A stretch of 64,000 nucleotides of DNA from Eubacteriales bacterium (GCA_045650025.1 JAZRQR010000003.1:1756-65755), one strand, 5' to 3'; positions 1 through 9,473 are shown, counted from the first letter of the stretch. A program made the numbers and translations. Notes: generated by a model not told the origin, from the letters alone.

Positions 1-470
1 CCTGTTTCCACAATGTCGACAATGACATCGGAAAGCCCGAGAATAGGAGCAAGCTCAATGGAACCGTTCAGTTTGATGATATCAATGGTTCTACCGAGAG
101 AAGCGTAATATTTTGACGCCACGTTACGGAACTTGGTTGCTACGCGCAAGGGGCGACCGTAATCATCTTCAAAATCTTCCTTGGCAGCCACACAAATGCG
201 ACACTTGCCAATGCCAAGGTCCAAAAGGGAATAAACGTCAGGCTCATATTCCATAAGAATATCGCTACCTGCTACGCCAATGTCGGCAACACCACGCTCT
301 ACGTAGATCGGCACGTCCGAGGGCTTGACGTAAAAGTAAGAAACCTCATCGGTAGAGAATACCAGCTTTCTGGAAGGAGTATGAATCTCGGGGCAGGCGT
401 ATCCTGCAGCTTCAAAATGTGCCAGTACCTTGTCACCAAGTCTGCCCTTGGGTAAAGCAATCTTGATCAT
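1..470 (-). CDS. hisG: ATP phosphoribosyltransferase catalytic subunit, short form (partial; C-terminal part lies beyond the window start)
   Basis: Open at the window edge, so absent from the ORF track. The reverse-strand ATG at 470-468 translates MIKIALPKGRLGDKVLAHFEAAGYACPEIHTPSRKLV, a typical HisG N-terminus. ATGA start/stop overlap with hisZ. Confidence 0.85.
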   Translation of the reverse strand, partial: MIKIALPKGRLGDKVLAHFEAAGYACPEIHTPSRKLVFSTDEVSYFYVKPSDVPIYVERGVADIGVAGSDILMEYEPDVYSLLDLGIGKCRICVAAKEDFEDDYGRPLRVATKFRNVASKYYASLGRTIDIIKLNGSIELAPILGLSDVIVDIVET

Positions 471-1531
471 ACCGTAACCTCCTTGATGTGCAGCGTTTGA
501 ATAAAGCTGCGATTTTCGGGCGTTTTATCAGCAGCAAACACGCAAAGTCCTTGTGCGGTCAGCGATCTGACAGCACGCGCTACGTCAGCTGCACTATCGT
601 CGTCACCGTAGAGAAGCAGTACCTCGCCTGCTTTTTTGATTTCCGCATAGCGGATGTAATCCAGATAGATAGCAAAGCCAAGTGCGGCAGTAGAAAGGCC
701 GAAGCGCTCCAAAAGGGGATCGTAACGACCGCCCGAGAGTACCGATACGGGTACGTCCTTAAGGTAACCCTTGAAAATAATGCCGTTGTAATATCCAAAG
801 TTGTGTACGAGCGAGAAATCCAGGTATACACCTTGGTCAAGTCCAAGTGCGCAAAGCACGTCTGAGATCTCGGCAAGCTCGCGTACGGCGTCTGAGTCGG
901 GCAGCAGATTCTGCAGCACAGGAATCATTTGGATAATAGGCGCATAGGAATTGACCAGCGTAACAAGCGGATGCTGTGCGCCAACAAGTGCAGCCAGAGT
1001 GCCCGCATTCTTTTGTGTGATCAGTTCAATGATCTGCTCGCGGTCAGCACCGCATTCGCACGCAGAATCGATCAGGGGCAGCATAATGCCCATGTGGGAA
1101 ATATCCAGAATGTTGTGCGAATCAATCGCGTCCAAAGAGGTCTTTGCAAGTGCAAGCACCTCGCAGGTTGCATAGACGCTGCCGTCACCAATCAACTCAA
1201 GACCCATCTGATGCAGCTCGCTGAATTCGTTTTCACCTTTTTTGACGCGATATACCGTCTCATTGTAATAGGCTTTCAGCGGCAGCTCGGGCTTTGCAGC
1301 CAAGGACTTGACGATTGATAGCGTAATATCAGGCTTAAGTGCCTTAAGACGCGAGCCGTCGGTAAAGGTCAAAAGTCTGCCGTCCACCAAGAAATTTTTG
1401 TTCTCGGCGTACAGGGCATAGTCCTCAAATTTATTCATGGTAAATCTGCGGTAGCCATACTGTGCGTAAAGCTCTGCGCATTTTGCAACGGTCTGTTCCG
1501 CAGGAGTCATAGCAAATTGGTTATAAGACAT
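467..1531 (-). CDS. hisZ: ATP phosphoribosyltransferase regulatory subunit (HisRS paralog)
   Basis: 354-aa ORF with class-II aaRS-like motifs (YRRFTMNKFEDYALY, LKPDITLSIVK). Translationally coupled to hisG. GGGGAGG RBS upstream. Confidence 0.85.
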   Translation of the reverse strand: MSYNQFAMTPAEQTVAKCAELYAQYGYRRFTMNKFEDYALYAENKNFLVDGRLLTFTDGSRLKALKPDITLSIVKSLAAKPELPLKAYYNETVYRVKKGENEFSELHQMGLELIGDGSVYATCEVLALAKTSLDAIDSHNILDISHMGIMLPLIDSACECGADREQIIELITQKNAGTLAALVGAQHPLVTLVNSYAPIIQMIPVLQNLLPDSDAVRELAEISDVLCALGLDQGVYLDFSLVHNFGYYNGIIFKGYLKDVPVSVLSGGRYDPLLERFGLSTAALGFAIYLDYIRYAEIKKAGEVLLLYGDDDSAADVARAVRSLTAQGLCVFAADKTPENRSFIQTLHIKEVTV

Positions 1532-1567
1532 AAAAGTGAATCCTCCCCAAAATAAAAGGATAAAAAA

Positions 1568-1596
1568 ATTGTATCACAAATCGCCGCTTTAGTCAA
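1568..1596 (-). promoter_or_regulatory. sigma-A type promoter for hisZG
   Basis: The minus strand reads TTGACT-17 nt-TACAAT with a TGn extended -10 (tgaTACAAT), about 35 nt upstream of the hisZ start. Confidence 0.5.
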
Positions 1597-1709
1597 GTGA
1601 AGCGGGCGATGTTGTCTATAATTATTGTAAATATTTTGTAAACCCGTTGCCATTTTCAAAAATTTGTGATAGAATATGTGAGATTGCCGCGCAAAGGAGG
1701 AGAATGTGC

Positions 1710-2600
1710 ATGATAGGCTTGACTAGAGGGACCGTGCAACTGCACGCATATGATCCTGCGTGGGCAATGGTTGGACAAACGATCTGTGATCGCATTCAAC
1801 AAGCCCTTGGCTTGTTAGCGGTGGACGTTGCACACGTTGGCAGCACCTCGGTTCCGGGGCTATGCGCCAAGCCCATTATTGACATAGCCGTCGCGGTGCA
1901 TTCCTTTGATGCACAAATCGTTGAGAGAATGGAATGCGCAGGCTTTATACACAGACCCTCAAACGATAACGACACGCAACGTTTTTTCATTATCGGGCAA
2001 GGGGAATGGATCGAGTCACATATTCACGTAGTCAAGCATATGAGTATGGAGTGGCGCAATTACCTCAATTACAAGGCGTATCTGAGTGCGTTTCCCGAGG
2101 TTCGCGACGCCTATGCCGCGCTCAAAACAAAGCTGGCTGAGCGCTACGCAAACGACCGAAATGCATATACCGAATCCAAAGCCCCTTTTATTACGCACTC
2201 GCTGCGCAAGGCAATGGTATGGTCATATCTTGGTATGCAGATTCAAGGTGAAATTGATCGCCCCATCGGTTATGTGCACACTAAGGGTGATAAAACGCTG
2301 GTATATTCCATCAATTACGGCTACATTCCGGGCGTACTTGGCGGTGATGGAGAAGAATTGGACGTGTATTTTATCGGTGAGTCTAAGCCCCTAAATGTCT
2401 TTTCTGGCAAAGTGATTGCTATTGTGCATCGCATGGACGACGTTGAGGACAAGCTGGTCGCATGCCCGATTGATCAGGACTATACAGCAGAACAGATATG
2501 CCGCGAGATCTATTTTCAGGAACGTTTTTACGACACGACCGTCGAAACTGTTGACGGACATAAATTGCACATTAATAACGGAGAATATTATGTTAATTGA
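1710..2600 (+). CDS. GrpB-family domain fused to a small inorganic-pyrophosphatase-like domain
   Basis: N-terminal half has GrpB/UPF0157 motifs (HVGSTSVPGLCAKPIIDIAV). C-terminal ~110 aa has a PPase-like core (NYGYIPGVLGGDGEELDVYFIG, AIVHRMDDVEDKLV). The ATG at 1710 sits 9 nt after AAAGGAGG, so the track start at 1647 (TTG) is unlikely. Confidence 0.7.
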   Translation: MIGLTRGTVQLHAYDPAWAMVGQTICDRIQQALGLLAVDVAHVGSTSVPGLCAKPIIDIAVAVHSFDAQIVERMECAGFIHRPSNDNDTQRFFIIGQGEWIESHIHVVKHMSMEWRNYLNYKAYLSAFPEVRDAYAALKTKLAERYANDRNAYTESKAPFITHSLRKAMVWSYLGMQIQGEIDRPIGYVHTKGDKTLVYSINYGYIPGVLGGDGEELDVYFIGESKPLNVFSGKVIAIVHRMDDVEDKLVACPIDQDYTAEQICREIYFQERFYDTTVETVDGHKLHINNGEYYVN

Positions 2601-3225
2601 ATTGGTGATTTTAGCATGCGCACTTGCGATGGATGCATTTGCGGTTGCCATTTGTAAGGGGCTTTCCATGCAAAAGGCTACGCTGGGCAAGGCTGCCGTT
2701 GTTGGCGGTTGGTTCGGTGCATTCCAGGCACTCATGCCTGCGCTTGGCTTTATTCTGGCTGGTATCTTAAATAAGTTTTTCGGAAATTATCTGGAAATGT
2801 TCACGGGCTGGATCGCGTTTGTGCTTCTTGCCATCATTGGCGGTGGTATGATCAAGGAGGCGCTTGAAAAGCAAGATGAGGGCTGTTCTTGCTGTGAAAA
2901 CACCGATGCTTCGCTGACCGCGCGCGTCATGTTTCCCATGGCGGTTGCGACCAGCATTGATGCTATGGTGGTCGGCGTTGGCTACGGCTTGCGCCCCGAT
3001 ATGACGGTTCCCAAGGTACTGCTTAGCGTGACCTTGATCGGTGTGATTACATTTGCGCTTTCCGCGCTGGGCGTTAAGATCGGCAACGTGTTCGGCGATA
3101 AATATGAAAAAAAAGCGCAGCTTGCGGGAGGTATTGTACTGTGCCTGCTCGGCATCAAAAACGTGCTCGACCAATATGGTGTGCTTGACGCTGCATGGAC
3201 CTGGATCAAGGGCTTGTTCTCTTGA
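2590..3225 (+). CDS. mntP: manganese efflux pump MntP
   Basis: MLIELVILACALAMDAFAVAICKG and TSIDAMVVGV are duplicated DUF204/MntP motifs, and the protein is multi-TM. The ATG at 2590 overlaps the upstream stop by 11 nt. The track start at 2416 is inside the upstream gene. Confidence 0.85.
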   Translation: MLIELVILACALAMDAFAVAICKGLSMQKATLGKAAVVGGWFGAFQALMPALGFILAGILNKFFGNYLEMFTGWIAFVLLAIIGGGMIKEALEKQDEGCSCCENTDASLTARVMFPMAVATSIDAMVVGVGYGLRPDMTVPKVLLSVTLIGVITFALSALGVKIGNVFGDKYEKKAQLAGGIVLCLLGIKNVLDQYGVLDAAWTWIKGLFS

Positions 3226-3251
3226 TTGTTTCTAAGAAATTCCACAATGAA

Positions 3252-3285
3252 AAAGGCGAAGCCAATCGGCTTCGCCTTTATTTTC
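3252..3285. terminator. bidirectional rho-independent terminator
   Basis: AAAGGCGAAGCC-aatc-GGCTTCGCCTTT perfect stem flanked by an A-run and a T-run, between convergent mntP and the 1131-aa gene. Confidence 0.8.
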
Positions 3286-3290
3286 GTTTG

Positions 3291-6200
3291 TTATTGCGTC
3301 ACGCGGAAGGTGCGCGCCTCGCCGTCCTCCATGACAAACGAGAATGCAAGGGAATAGGTTCCATCATCCTCGCGGAAGGACATGTAGCCGTCGTAGTCGT
3401 GGTGCTGATACTCGAAATCCACCCAACTGCCGTTCTCCAGCACTTGCACGGTGGGCTTGGTATAGGTATCAAAGCCATATACACGAACTGCGTAGATCGT
3501 TGAGCCGCCACCGCTGACGGTGAATTCTGCTACGTTGTTGTCCGCCATGACAGTAGGCAAGTAGGTGTCCGCAATCACTGTTCCAACGCTTGCCTCGGTC
3601 TTGATTGCCGAGAGAACCGAATCCTCGCGCACCTTAAGCACGTTGGAATCATCCTTGCTCTCGGGGCTGCCCCAAGGCAGCAGGATCATATCAATGCGAA
3701 CCGTATCGCCAGCACGCAGCGTTACGTCGCCAAGATCTGCGGTCAGCGTTGCCAAGTTGACCGCGCCGTCGTAGGTTTCCTTGAGCACCAGATTGCCGTC
3801 GTAAGTCTTGCCGCCAATCACCATCGCGTAATCCTTGATTACGACCGCCATGTTAACGGAATCGGTACCGCTGTGAGAGGAATCTGCGTCAATGTAGTAA
3901 TCGAAATAACCGCCGTTCTTACCAAGCTTATAGTATTCGGTGTGCGTGCCGCTCAGATCCAGATCTACCGTCTGAGGATTGTTGTTCTCATCCAGATAGC
4001 CAAACTTTTTATAAGTAATGGCTCTGCCATCCATGGAGAAGAAGGAGAAGTTGTTTACGAAATCGTTAATTGCAAGGTCTTCCAACACGGTCAGCTCCAA
4101 CGTGTAGTATGTTCTGGTTTCGTCCGATTGAGCCATTTCTACCTGTCTATAATCGACTTGGATCTTGCCGTCATCCGACAGATAACTCATATCAATGTCC
4201 ACGTAAACGGGACCGGAAGAGGAAATATCAGCAGTTTGCGATTCAGACCCAAAGAAATTGCCGTTCGCATCGGTGTACTGCAGCCAGTAAAGTCTGCCTG
4301 CGCTGGTATGTTGAGGCTGATTGGGCCACAAGGGCGAGGACATAGCGCGGAAGTCGGGAAGTGTCCAGTAATCCTTGCCGTATACGTAATAGGGTGCGAT
4401 ACAGTTGGTTTCGGTCGTACCGCAGGAGAGGTGGTAGTAGGGAGCAATAAACTGGATGGAAGATAGCTGTTTCAGCGGTACCTGCCCCCAATTCTGATAC
4501 AGGTTGATCGACTTGAATCGCCTGGTTTGGTCTTTGCTGACGGTAATGGGGAAGATGGAATAGCCGTAGTGCATATCCTTCGGATCAAACAGCTTTTCCT
4601 CGTATTCTCCATTGAAGTTCTTGCAAACCTCTACGTTGATCGGGAGCAGCTGATCGTTTTCGTTGAGTACAACACCGTTTTCCAAGCATCCCGTGTTGTT
4701 GGTGTGTGCAAAGACGTAGATGGCTCTGTCGTAATCATCGCCAGTGACCTGCGCATCCACAATGTAATGCTTTTGCGGCTCCTTGTAGTAAGGCTTATTG
4801 AAATCCGTGCCGTTCAGTGTGAAGGTGTAGCAACCCACCAAGCTGTTGTAGCCGGCGTATTTTGCATTGTCACTTTGCGTTACGATCTTGATATTGGTCA
4901 GGGGATTGCGCTCAATATAAGCCTGTCTTTCAAGCTCGTCAAAGGAATGACTCTCGTCAGTGTAAATGCGGTGACCAATGGAATAGCTTTCATGAGATTT
5001 CAAGGAGGTCGATGCAGGGGTATAGGTCTGTGTGATCACGTAATAGCCATCTTCAAGCGTTACGGTCACGTCACCAACGTATTTGCTTTCTGCAGGGAAG
5101 ATGTAACCGAATACGCCTGCGTCTGCAATGTCAAAGCCGACGTATGCAACGCTTGCTTCATCAATACCGTCAATCGTGGTGTGCTTGCCGTTCTTATCAG
5201 CAATGACGAGAGCAGATACACGGCTTGCTTCGATCTTGGTCTGTGCGCCAAAGCCCGCAAATCCCTTGGTATCTCCGTCTGCTACCACGCGGATCTGCTC
5301 GTGCATCTTATCACCGTATACGTGATAGTTGCGGTCGAGCTTCATGTTGGTTGACGAAGTCGTGTTGATCTTAATCGCCTTCATTTCCTTGATTTCGATC
5401 ACTTCACCCGCCTTATCACCGCAATCAACGCGAATCGCGTCCACCTTGCCTGTGTAATCCGGAATGCCCTCTAAAGGAACGATCACGGTGCAATATTCCT
5501 TTCCGGGATCAACCGAGAAGGAAGTCAGCTGATCAGCGTTAAAATAGCCACCGCTACCAACTTTAAGATACAGCGTTACTTTGTTGGAGTGTTGTGTGCG
5601 CATGGTGATCTGCAAAGCATTGTAATCAACAGTATTATACTTAACGCTCCAATGGAAATAGGGGTCTGTCGTGCTGTCAACCACGGCGGTCAACACACCG
5701 TCAACCATTTCTACGGATTTTATGTCGTGCGAATCGATTCTGCGCGCCTTGGCAAGCAGATCGTAGCTGCCCGCGCTCTCATCAATGCTATAAGAAGAGG
5801 GAAGGAAGCCCTGATCCAGGAAATGAATATCGTAGTAATAATAGCCAAAGCGGTAGATGTTACCGCGTGCGCTGGGACCCGACATGGAAGCATACAGCTT
5901 TTCGCCGTTGTCTGCAATGACAAATGCGTCCATGGTATTGGTCAGATAAGCAGAACCTTGCTTGTTGTAAAGACCTGCAACCTGCTTGTTGTCCTTGATA
6001 TCAAGATTGTAGACAAGGCGCACATCACCGTTGGTGATCTCTGCGATATCTCTCTTTTGATCCAGGTAGCGGAAGTTGATCAGATTTGCAACCTCATCGG
6101 CATATGTGACGTTGTCACCCCATGCCGTAGCATCTTGCTTGACTTCGGGCACAATGACAGTGCCTGCCTGATCCATGGCAAAATCAGCGGAAACGGAAAG

Positions 6201-6686
6201 CTCGGTCATTTGCTTTACCTCCTCGGAAGTAAGATCGTAAGCAAAGCAGCTCTTGAAAAGTGCAGTGACCATATCGGACAAAAGTTGCGCTTGTCCGCCG
6301 ATGAAAAGCTTGCTTTCGGATACGTATACAGCACTTTGTGCGTGTGCAGCACCGCGTGCATTGCCGATCACGATTTCCTTATCGGCAACAGCGTAGGAAT
6401 TCTCATCATCTGTCACGATCTGCAAAGCCACGCCCGTCAGTTTTTCCACGGTGTCGCGGAACAGCACGGCAGCAATGAACGCAGGATCCTGTGCCGTAAT
6501 ATCGGCAGGACGCACAATGACGTACTCGCTCACACCGTCCTTTACCAACACAAGCGGCGGTGCGGTAGGTGTGATATCTGGCGCATTAGTACCGGTTTCC
6601 GTGTCCGGTGCGGGGGGAGTTTTGCATGCTGCCAAACAGGGGAGTAACAGCAACAATGCAAGTAGGAAAGGCAAAAGTCTTTTCAT
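3291..6686 (-). CDS. large secreted lipoprotein, unknown function (possibly carbohydrate-active)
   Basis: 1131 aa from the ATG at 6686 (GGAGG RBS 5 nt upstream). Signal peptide plus lipobox MKRLLPFLLALLLLLPCLAAC. No catalytic motif I can name. Confidence 0.7.
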   Translation of the reverse strand: MKRLLPFLLALLLLLPCLAACKTPPAPDTETGTNAPDITPTAPPLVLVKDGVSEYVIVRPADITAQDPAFIAAVLFRDTVEKLTGVALQIVTDDENSYAVADKEIVIGNARGAAHAQSAVYVSESKLFIGGQAQLLSDMVTALFKSCFAYDLTSEEVKQMTELSVSADFAMDQAGTVIVPEVKQDATAWGDNVTYADEVANLINFRYLDQKRDIAEITNGDVRLVYNLDIKDNKQVAGLYNKQGSAYLTNTMDAFVIADNGEKLYASMSGPSARGNIYRFGYYYYDIHFLDQGFLPSSYSIDESAGSYDLLAKARRIDSHDIKSVEMVDGVLTAVVDSTTDPYFHWSVKYNTVDYNALQITMRTQHSNKVTLYLKVGSGGYFNADQLTSFSVDPGKEYCTVIVPLEGIPDYTGKVDAIRVDCGDKAGEVIEIKEMKAIKINTTSSTNMKLDRNYHVYGDKMHEQIRVVADGDTKGFAGFGAQTKIEASRVSALVIADKNGKHTTIDGIDEASVAYVGFDIADAGVFGYIFPAESKYVGDVTVTLEDGYYVITQTYTPASTSLKSHESYSIGHRIYTDESHSFDELERQAYIERNPLTNIKIVTQSDNAKYAGYNSLVGCYTFTLNGTDFNKPYYKEPQKHYIVDAQVTGDDYDRAIYVFAHTNNTGCLENGVVLNENDQLLPINVEVCKNFNGEYEEKLFDPKDMHYGYSIFPITVSKDQTRRFKSINLYQNWGQVPLKQLSSIQFIAPYYHLSCGTTETNCIAPYYVYGKDYWTLPDFRAMSSPLWPNQPQHTSAGRLYWLQYTDANGNFFGSESQTADISSSGPVYVDIDMSYLSDDGKIQVDYRQVEMAQSDETRTYYTLELTVLEDLAINDFVNNFSFFSMDGRAITYKKFGYLDENNNPQTVDLDLSGTHTEYYKLGKNGGYFDYYIDADSSHSGTDSVNMAVVIKDYAMVIGGKTYDGNLVLKETYDGAVNLATLTADLGDVTLRAGDTVRIDMILLPWGSPESKDDSNVLKVREDSVLSAIKTEASVGTVIADTYLPTVMADNNVAEFTVSGGGSTIYAVRVYGFDTYTKPTVQVLENGSWVDFEYQHHDYDGYMSFREDDGTYSLAFSFVMEDGEARTFRVTQ

Positions 6687-6714
6687 AAAGAACCTCCATT
6701 GGTTAATTGTATAT

Positions 6715-6743
6715 ATTATACATAAATCAGCGGCAATTGTCAA
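6715..6743 (-). promoter_or_regulatory. sigma-A promoter for the 1131-aa lipoprotein gene
   Basis: The minus strand reads the perfect consensus TTGACA-17 nt-TATAAT. Confidence 0.6.
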
Positions 6744-6750
6744 TAGAAAT

Positions 6751-6776
6751 AGGAGCAGTTGCGTGCAACTGCTCCT
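6751..6776 (-). terminator. hairpin terminator after the 376-aa gene
   Basis: AGGAGCAGTTG-cgtg-CAACTGCTCCT stem. On the minus strand it is followed by atttctatt. Confidence 0.55.
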
Positions 6777-6797
6777 TGTTTTGTAAACTTGTATGCA

Positions 6798-7928
6798 TTA
6801 CTCCAGTGTGATGATCTGTTCAACGCCTGCAACGTCTTGTTGGCTGACTTGTACGGTAAATGTCGTATATTGCATGTCGGTATCACACGAGCTCGGTTCG
6901 GCGGTTCTTACAATCACGTAGATCTTTCCTTCGGAACAGTAAAGGTCGTTTACCGTTAATTCAATCGATCCGGAGCTTCTGGTGATGATACGCGTGATAA
7001 TCAGCGCATTTTCACTAAAAAACGAATCATCGTACAGATCTCGCTTGCTTTCAATCACAGTCTTTTGATTGGGGATATAAACGTGCTCCAGCATGAGATC
7101 GAGATACGCATCATATTCCTGTTTGGATTTGATTAAGAAGTCTTGATCATAGAGCAGATTAGGTAACGTATCCGTTACCGTAAATGTTATGGGCGCGGCA
7201 CTGGCTGAATAATACGCAATGTACGGCATATAACGCAGGGAATAATCGTATGCTTCAACACCCATGCCCGTAATCATAGGCTCTTGCTCGGAAAACTGTT
7301 CGAGCGCCTGATATACTTGCTCGGTAAAGTCATTTCTGGGAAAATCGATAATAATGTAATTGATATATTCATACACGGAAATATTGCCGTTTGGAAATGC
7401 CGAAGCTAAATCATATTGTTTGACGAGCTCATCGGCGGATGCATCTTTTGCCACGTGCAAAAAACAGAGCACTCTTGAGACATACAGATCAAGAAAAACA
7501 AGATCGGGACGCTCATTTCGGAACTGATCCGTCCGTGCTTTGATCATGGCTTCTTGATCCAGTACGATCTGAGCGACATTAGATGCTACGTTATTGTTTA
7601 CGTATTCTGTCTTGGTTTCATTGCAGTGAATACAGGTAAAGTCAAACTGCTGCACAATATCGTCTGAGTTGTATATCCATTTGCCACTGTCCCATGAGTG
7701 TCCATCCCGGTTGCAATCATGGACGACAGGCTTTGTTGTGACTGATTCGGTCGTCACGGTTTGCTCATGCTCATTGTTGGAGAACTCTTCAATTGTTTCA
7801 AACGGCTCGGCAGTAATCTGTTCGTTTGGCAGTGCGGATGTGTCTTGCAGCTCCTTGATCAATTCAGCACAGCTGGTAGACATGAACATGCAAAGCATGC
7901 ACATGGATATTGCAATGACTTTTTTCAT
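6798..7928 (-). CDS. putative lipoprotein, unknown function
   Basis: 376-aa ORF. N-terminus MKKVIAISMCMLCMFMSTSC is signal/lipobox-like. GGAGG RBS 7 nt upstream. GC is visibly lower than the neighbours (18-25 of 60 in two counted lines). Confidence 0.65.
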   Translation of the reverse strand: MKKVIAISMCMLCMFMSTSCAELIKELQDTSALPNEQITAEPFETIEEFSNNEHEQTVTTESVTTKPVVHDCNRDGHSWDSGKWIYNSDDIVQQFDFTCIHCNETKTEYVNNNVASNVAQIVLDQEAMIKARTDQFRNERPDLVFLDLYVSRVLCFLHVAKDASADELVKQYDLASAFPNGNISVYEYINYIIIDFPRNDFTEQVYQALEQFSEQEPMITGMGVEAYDYSLRYMPYIAYYSASAAPITFTVTDTLPNLLYDQDFLIKSKQEYDAYLDLMLEHVYIPNQKTVIESKRDLYDDSFFSENALIITRIITRSSGSIELTVNDLYCSEGKIYVIVRTAEPSSCDTDMQYTTFTVQVSQQDVAGVEQIITLE

Positions 7929-7969
7929 AGAGCGTCCTCCTCTCGTGGCGGTATGGATTCATCTAATCC

Positions 7970-7997
7970 ATTATAGCATAAAATGGGTGAGAGTCAA
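7970..7997 (-). promoter_or_regulatory. sigma-A promoter for the 376-aa gene
   Basis: The minus strand reads TTGACT-16 nt-TATAAT. Confidence 0.45.
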
Positions 7998-7998
7998 G

Positions 7999-8040
7999 TG
8001 CAAAAACACAAAAGCTCTGCCGAAGCAGAGCTTTTGTGTG
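7999..8040 (-). terminator. rho-independent terminator of rhaA
   Basis: CACAAAAGCTCTGC-cgaa-GCAGAGCTTTTGTG 14-bp stem followed by a T-run on the minus strand. Confidence 0.8.
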
Positions 8041-8056
8041 ATATGTATGAGTGAAA

Positions 8057-9298
8057 TTATCTCTTGGAGAGAACCTCAGCCTCGTACTCCTCGATCTCCT
8101 TGAACCAGCAAGAGCAAGCGCAAGCACCGTTTCTCTGGCAGAACTCAGCCCAGATGTCGCCGAAGGGAAGGGTCTTAACCTCTTCACGCAGCATCATCAG
8201 CTTAGTGGTGTTGCCTGCATCCTGCAGAGCCTTGAGCTCAGCATTGGGAGAAAGCAGAGCGTAAAGCAGAGCCTTCTGTACGCTTCTCATACCGATAACC
8301 AGAGCAGCTACACGGTTGATAGAAGCATCGAAGTAGTCGGTTGCCAGGAATACTCTGTCAAGAGCATCGCAGCGAACAACTTCCATCATCATTTCTCTGG
8401 TGTCATCGTCGAAGTTTACAACGTGGTCAGAATCCCAACGAATGGGTCTGGTGATGTGCATAGCCAGCTTCTCGGAGAAGCAGAGCATTGCGGGCAGTTT
8501 GTCGTAAACAACCTCGGTGGGGTGGTAGTGACCGTTGTCGAACAGCGGAACGATACCACGGGAGATAGCGTAGGAGAGAGCAAACTCGCCGGAGCCTACG
8601 GTGTAGGACTCAACGCCGATACCGAATACCTTGGACTCAACGCAGGGGTAAACCTTGGTCTTGTCGTAACCGCAAGCCAGGATCTCGTCCAGGGACTGAG
8701 CATATCTCATACGGGGACCCATACGGTCAGCGGGAATATCCTTGAAGCCGTCGCCGGTCCAGAAGTTGATAACGCAGGGATAACCGGTCTCGTTTGCGAA
8801 GTACTCAGCGATCTTCATGCAGCAGATACCGTGTCTTACCCAGAACTTTCTGATCTCCTCATCGGGAGAAGAAAGGGTCAGGCCGTTTGCCTTGGGGTGA
8901 GAGAAGTAGGTGGGGTTGAAGTCCAGACCCATGCCGTGCTTCTTTGCGAAGTCAACCCACTTTTGGAAGTGCTTGGGCTCCAGCTGGTCTCTGTCCACAA
9001 AACCATCCTCGAAGATAGCGTAGTTAGCGTGAACGTTGATCTTGTGGGTACCGGGGATCAGGGAGAATGCCTTCTCCAGGTCAGCAAACAGCTGGTCGGG
9101 ACCGGTTGCTCTGCCGGGGTAGTTACCGGTAGTCTGGATACCGCCAGTCAGAGGGCCATTGTTCTCGAAACCGAGAACGTCGTCTGCCTGCCAGCAGTGC
9201 ATGGAAATACGAACGTCGGAAAGCTTTGCGATCGCAGCCTCGGTGTCAACACCGTACTTAGCGTAGATCTGCTTTGCGGATTCATAGCGTTGATTCAT
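8057..9298 (-). CDS. rhaA: L-rhamnose isomerase
   Basis: MNQRYESAKQIYAKYGVDTEAAIAKL...ISMHCWQADDV...HANYA... matches RhaA along the whole length. ATG at 9298 with an AGGAGG RBS. The track start at 9343 adds 15 unlikely residues. Confidence 0.9.
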   Translation of the reverse strand: MNQRYESAKQIYAKYGVDTEAAIAKLSDVRISMHCWQADDVLGFENNGPLTGGIQTTGNYPGRATGPDQLFADLEKAFSLIPGTHKINVHANYAIFEDGFVDRDQLEPKHFQKWVDFAKKHGMGLDFNPTYFSHPKANGLTLSSPDEEIRKFWVRHGICCMKIAEYFANETGYPCVINFWTGDGFKDIPADRMGPRMRYAQSLDEILACGYDKTKVYPCVESKVFGIGVESYTVGSGEFALSYAISRGIVPLFDNGHYHPTEVVYDKLPAMLCFSEKLAMHITRPIRWDSDHVVNFDDDTREMMMEVVRCDALDRVFLATDYFDASINRVAALVIGMRSVQKALLYALLSPNAELKALQDAGNTTKLMMLREEVKTLPFGDIWAEFCQRNGACACSCWFKEIEEYEAEVLSKR

Positions 9299-9358
9299 TT
9301 TTGTGTTCCTCCTGTTGATATATGTGCATTTTTTTGAGAACATATATAGTCAAGATAC

Positions 9359-9387
9359 ATTATACAGTATCAAGCAAAATTTTGCAA
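9359..9387 (-). promoter_or_regulatory. sigma-A promoter for rhaA
   Basis: The minus strand reads TTGCAA-17 nt-TATAAT. Confidence 0.5.
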
Positions 9388-9426
9388 GATGTTTTTGAAA
9401 AAATGTGGGAAAAAGTTTCATGAACT

Positions 9427-9467
9427 CAAAATCGCTACGCAGACCTGTTAAGGGCTGCGTAGCGATT
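9427..9467 (-). terminator. rho-independent terminator of nadE
   Basis: AATCGCTACGCAG...CTGCGTAGCGATT 13-bp stem with a T-run on the minus strand. Confidence 0.7.
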
Positions 9468-9473
9468 CAATTT

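Noticed and set aside
1693-1712. A 16-nt identity, AGGAGAATGTGCATGA, shared with 12979-12994 at two unrelated gene starts.
   Set aside because: The expected number of chance 16-mer matches in 64 kb is of order 0.5-1. Both cases are an RBS plus a start context, and the flanks are unrelated.
8051-9337. A 428-aa ORF exactly antisense to rhaA. Eight similar long antisense ORFs occur elsewhere: 5589-6647, 21509-23329, 30926-33622, 38259-39968, 41683-43668, 53221-55422, 56240-58036/57846-59306 and 61306-63309.
   Set aside because: For the five pairs I checked (rhaA, relA, GH78, SBP5, gltX), the antisense ORF is in the same triplet register as the sense gene. Stops in that frame can arise only from the sense codons TTA, CTA and TCA, which this genome evidently avoids. 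The sense strands have strong family motifs, RBSs and promoters. The antisense translations are low-complexity, Val/Gly/Leu-rich and match no motif.
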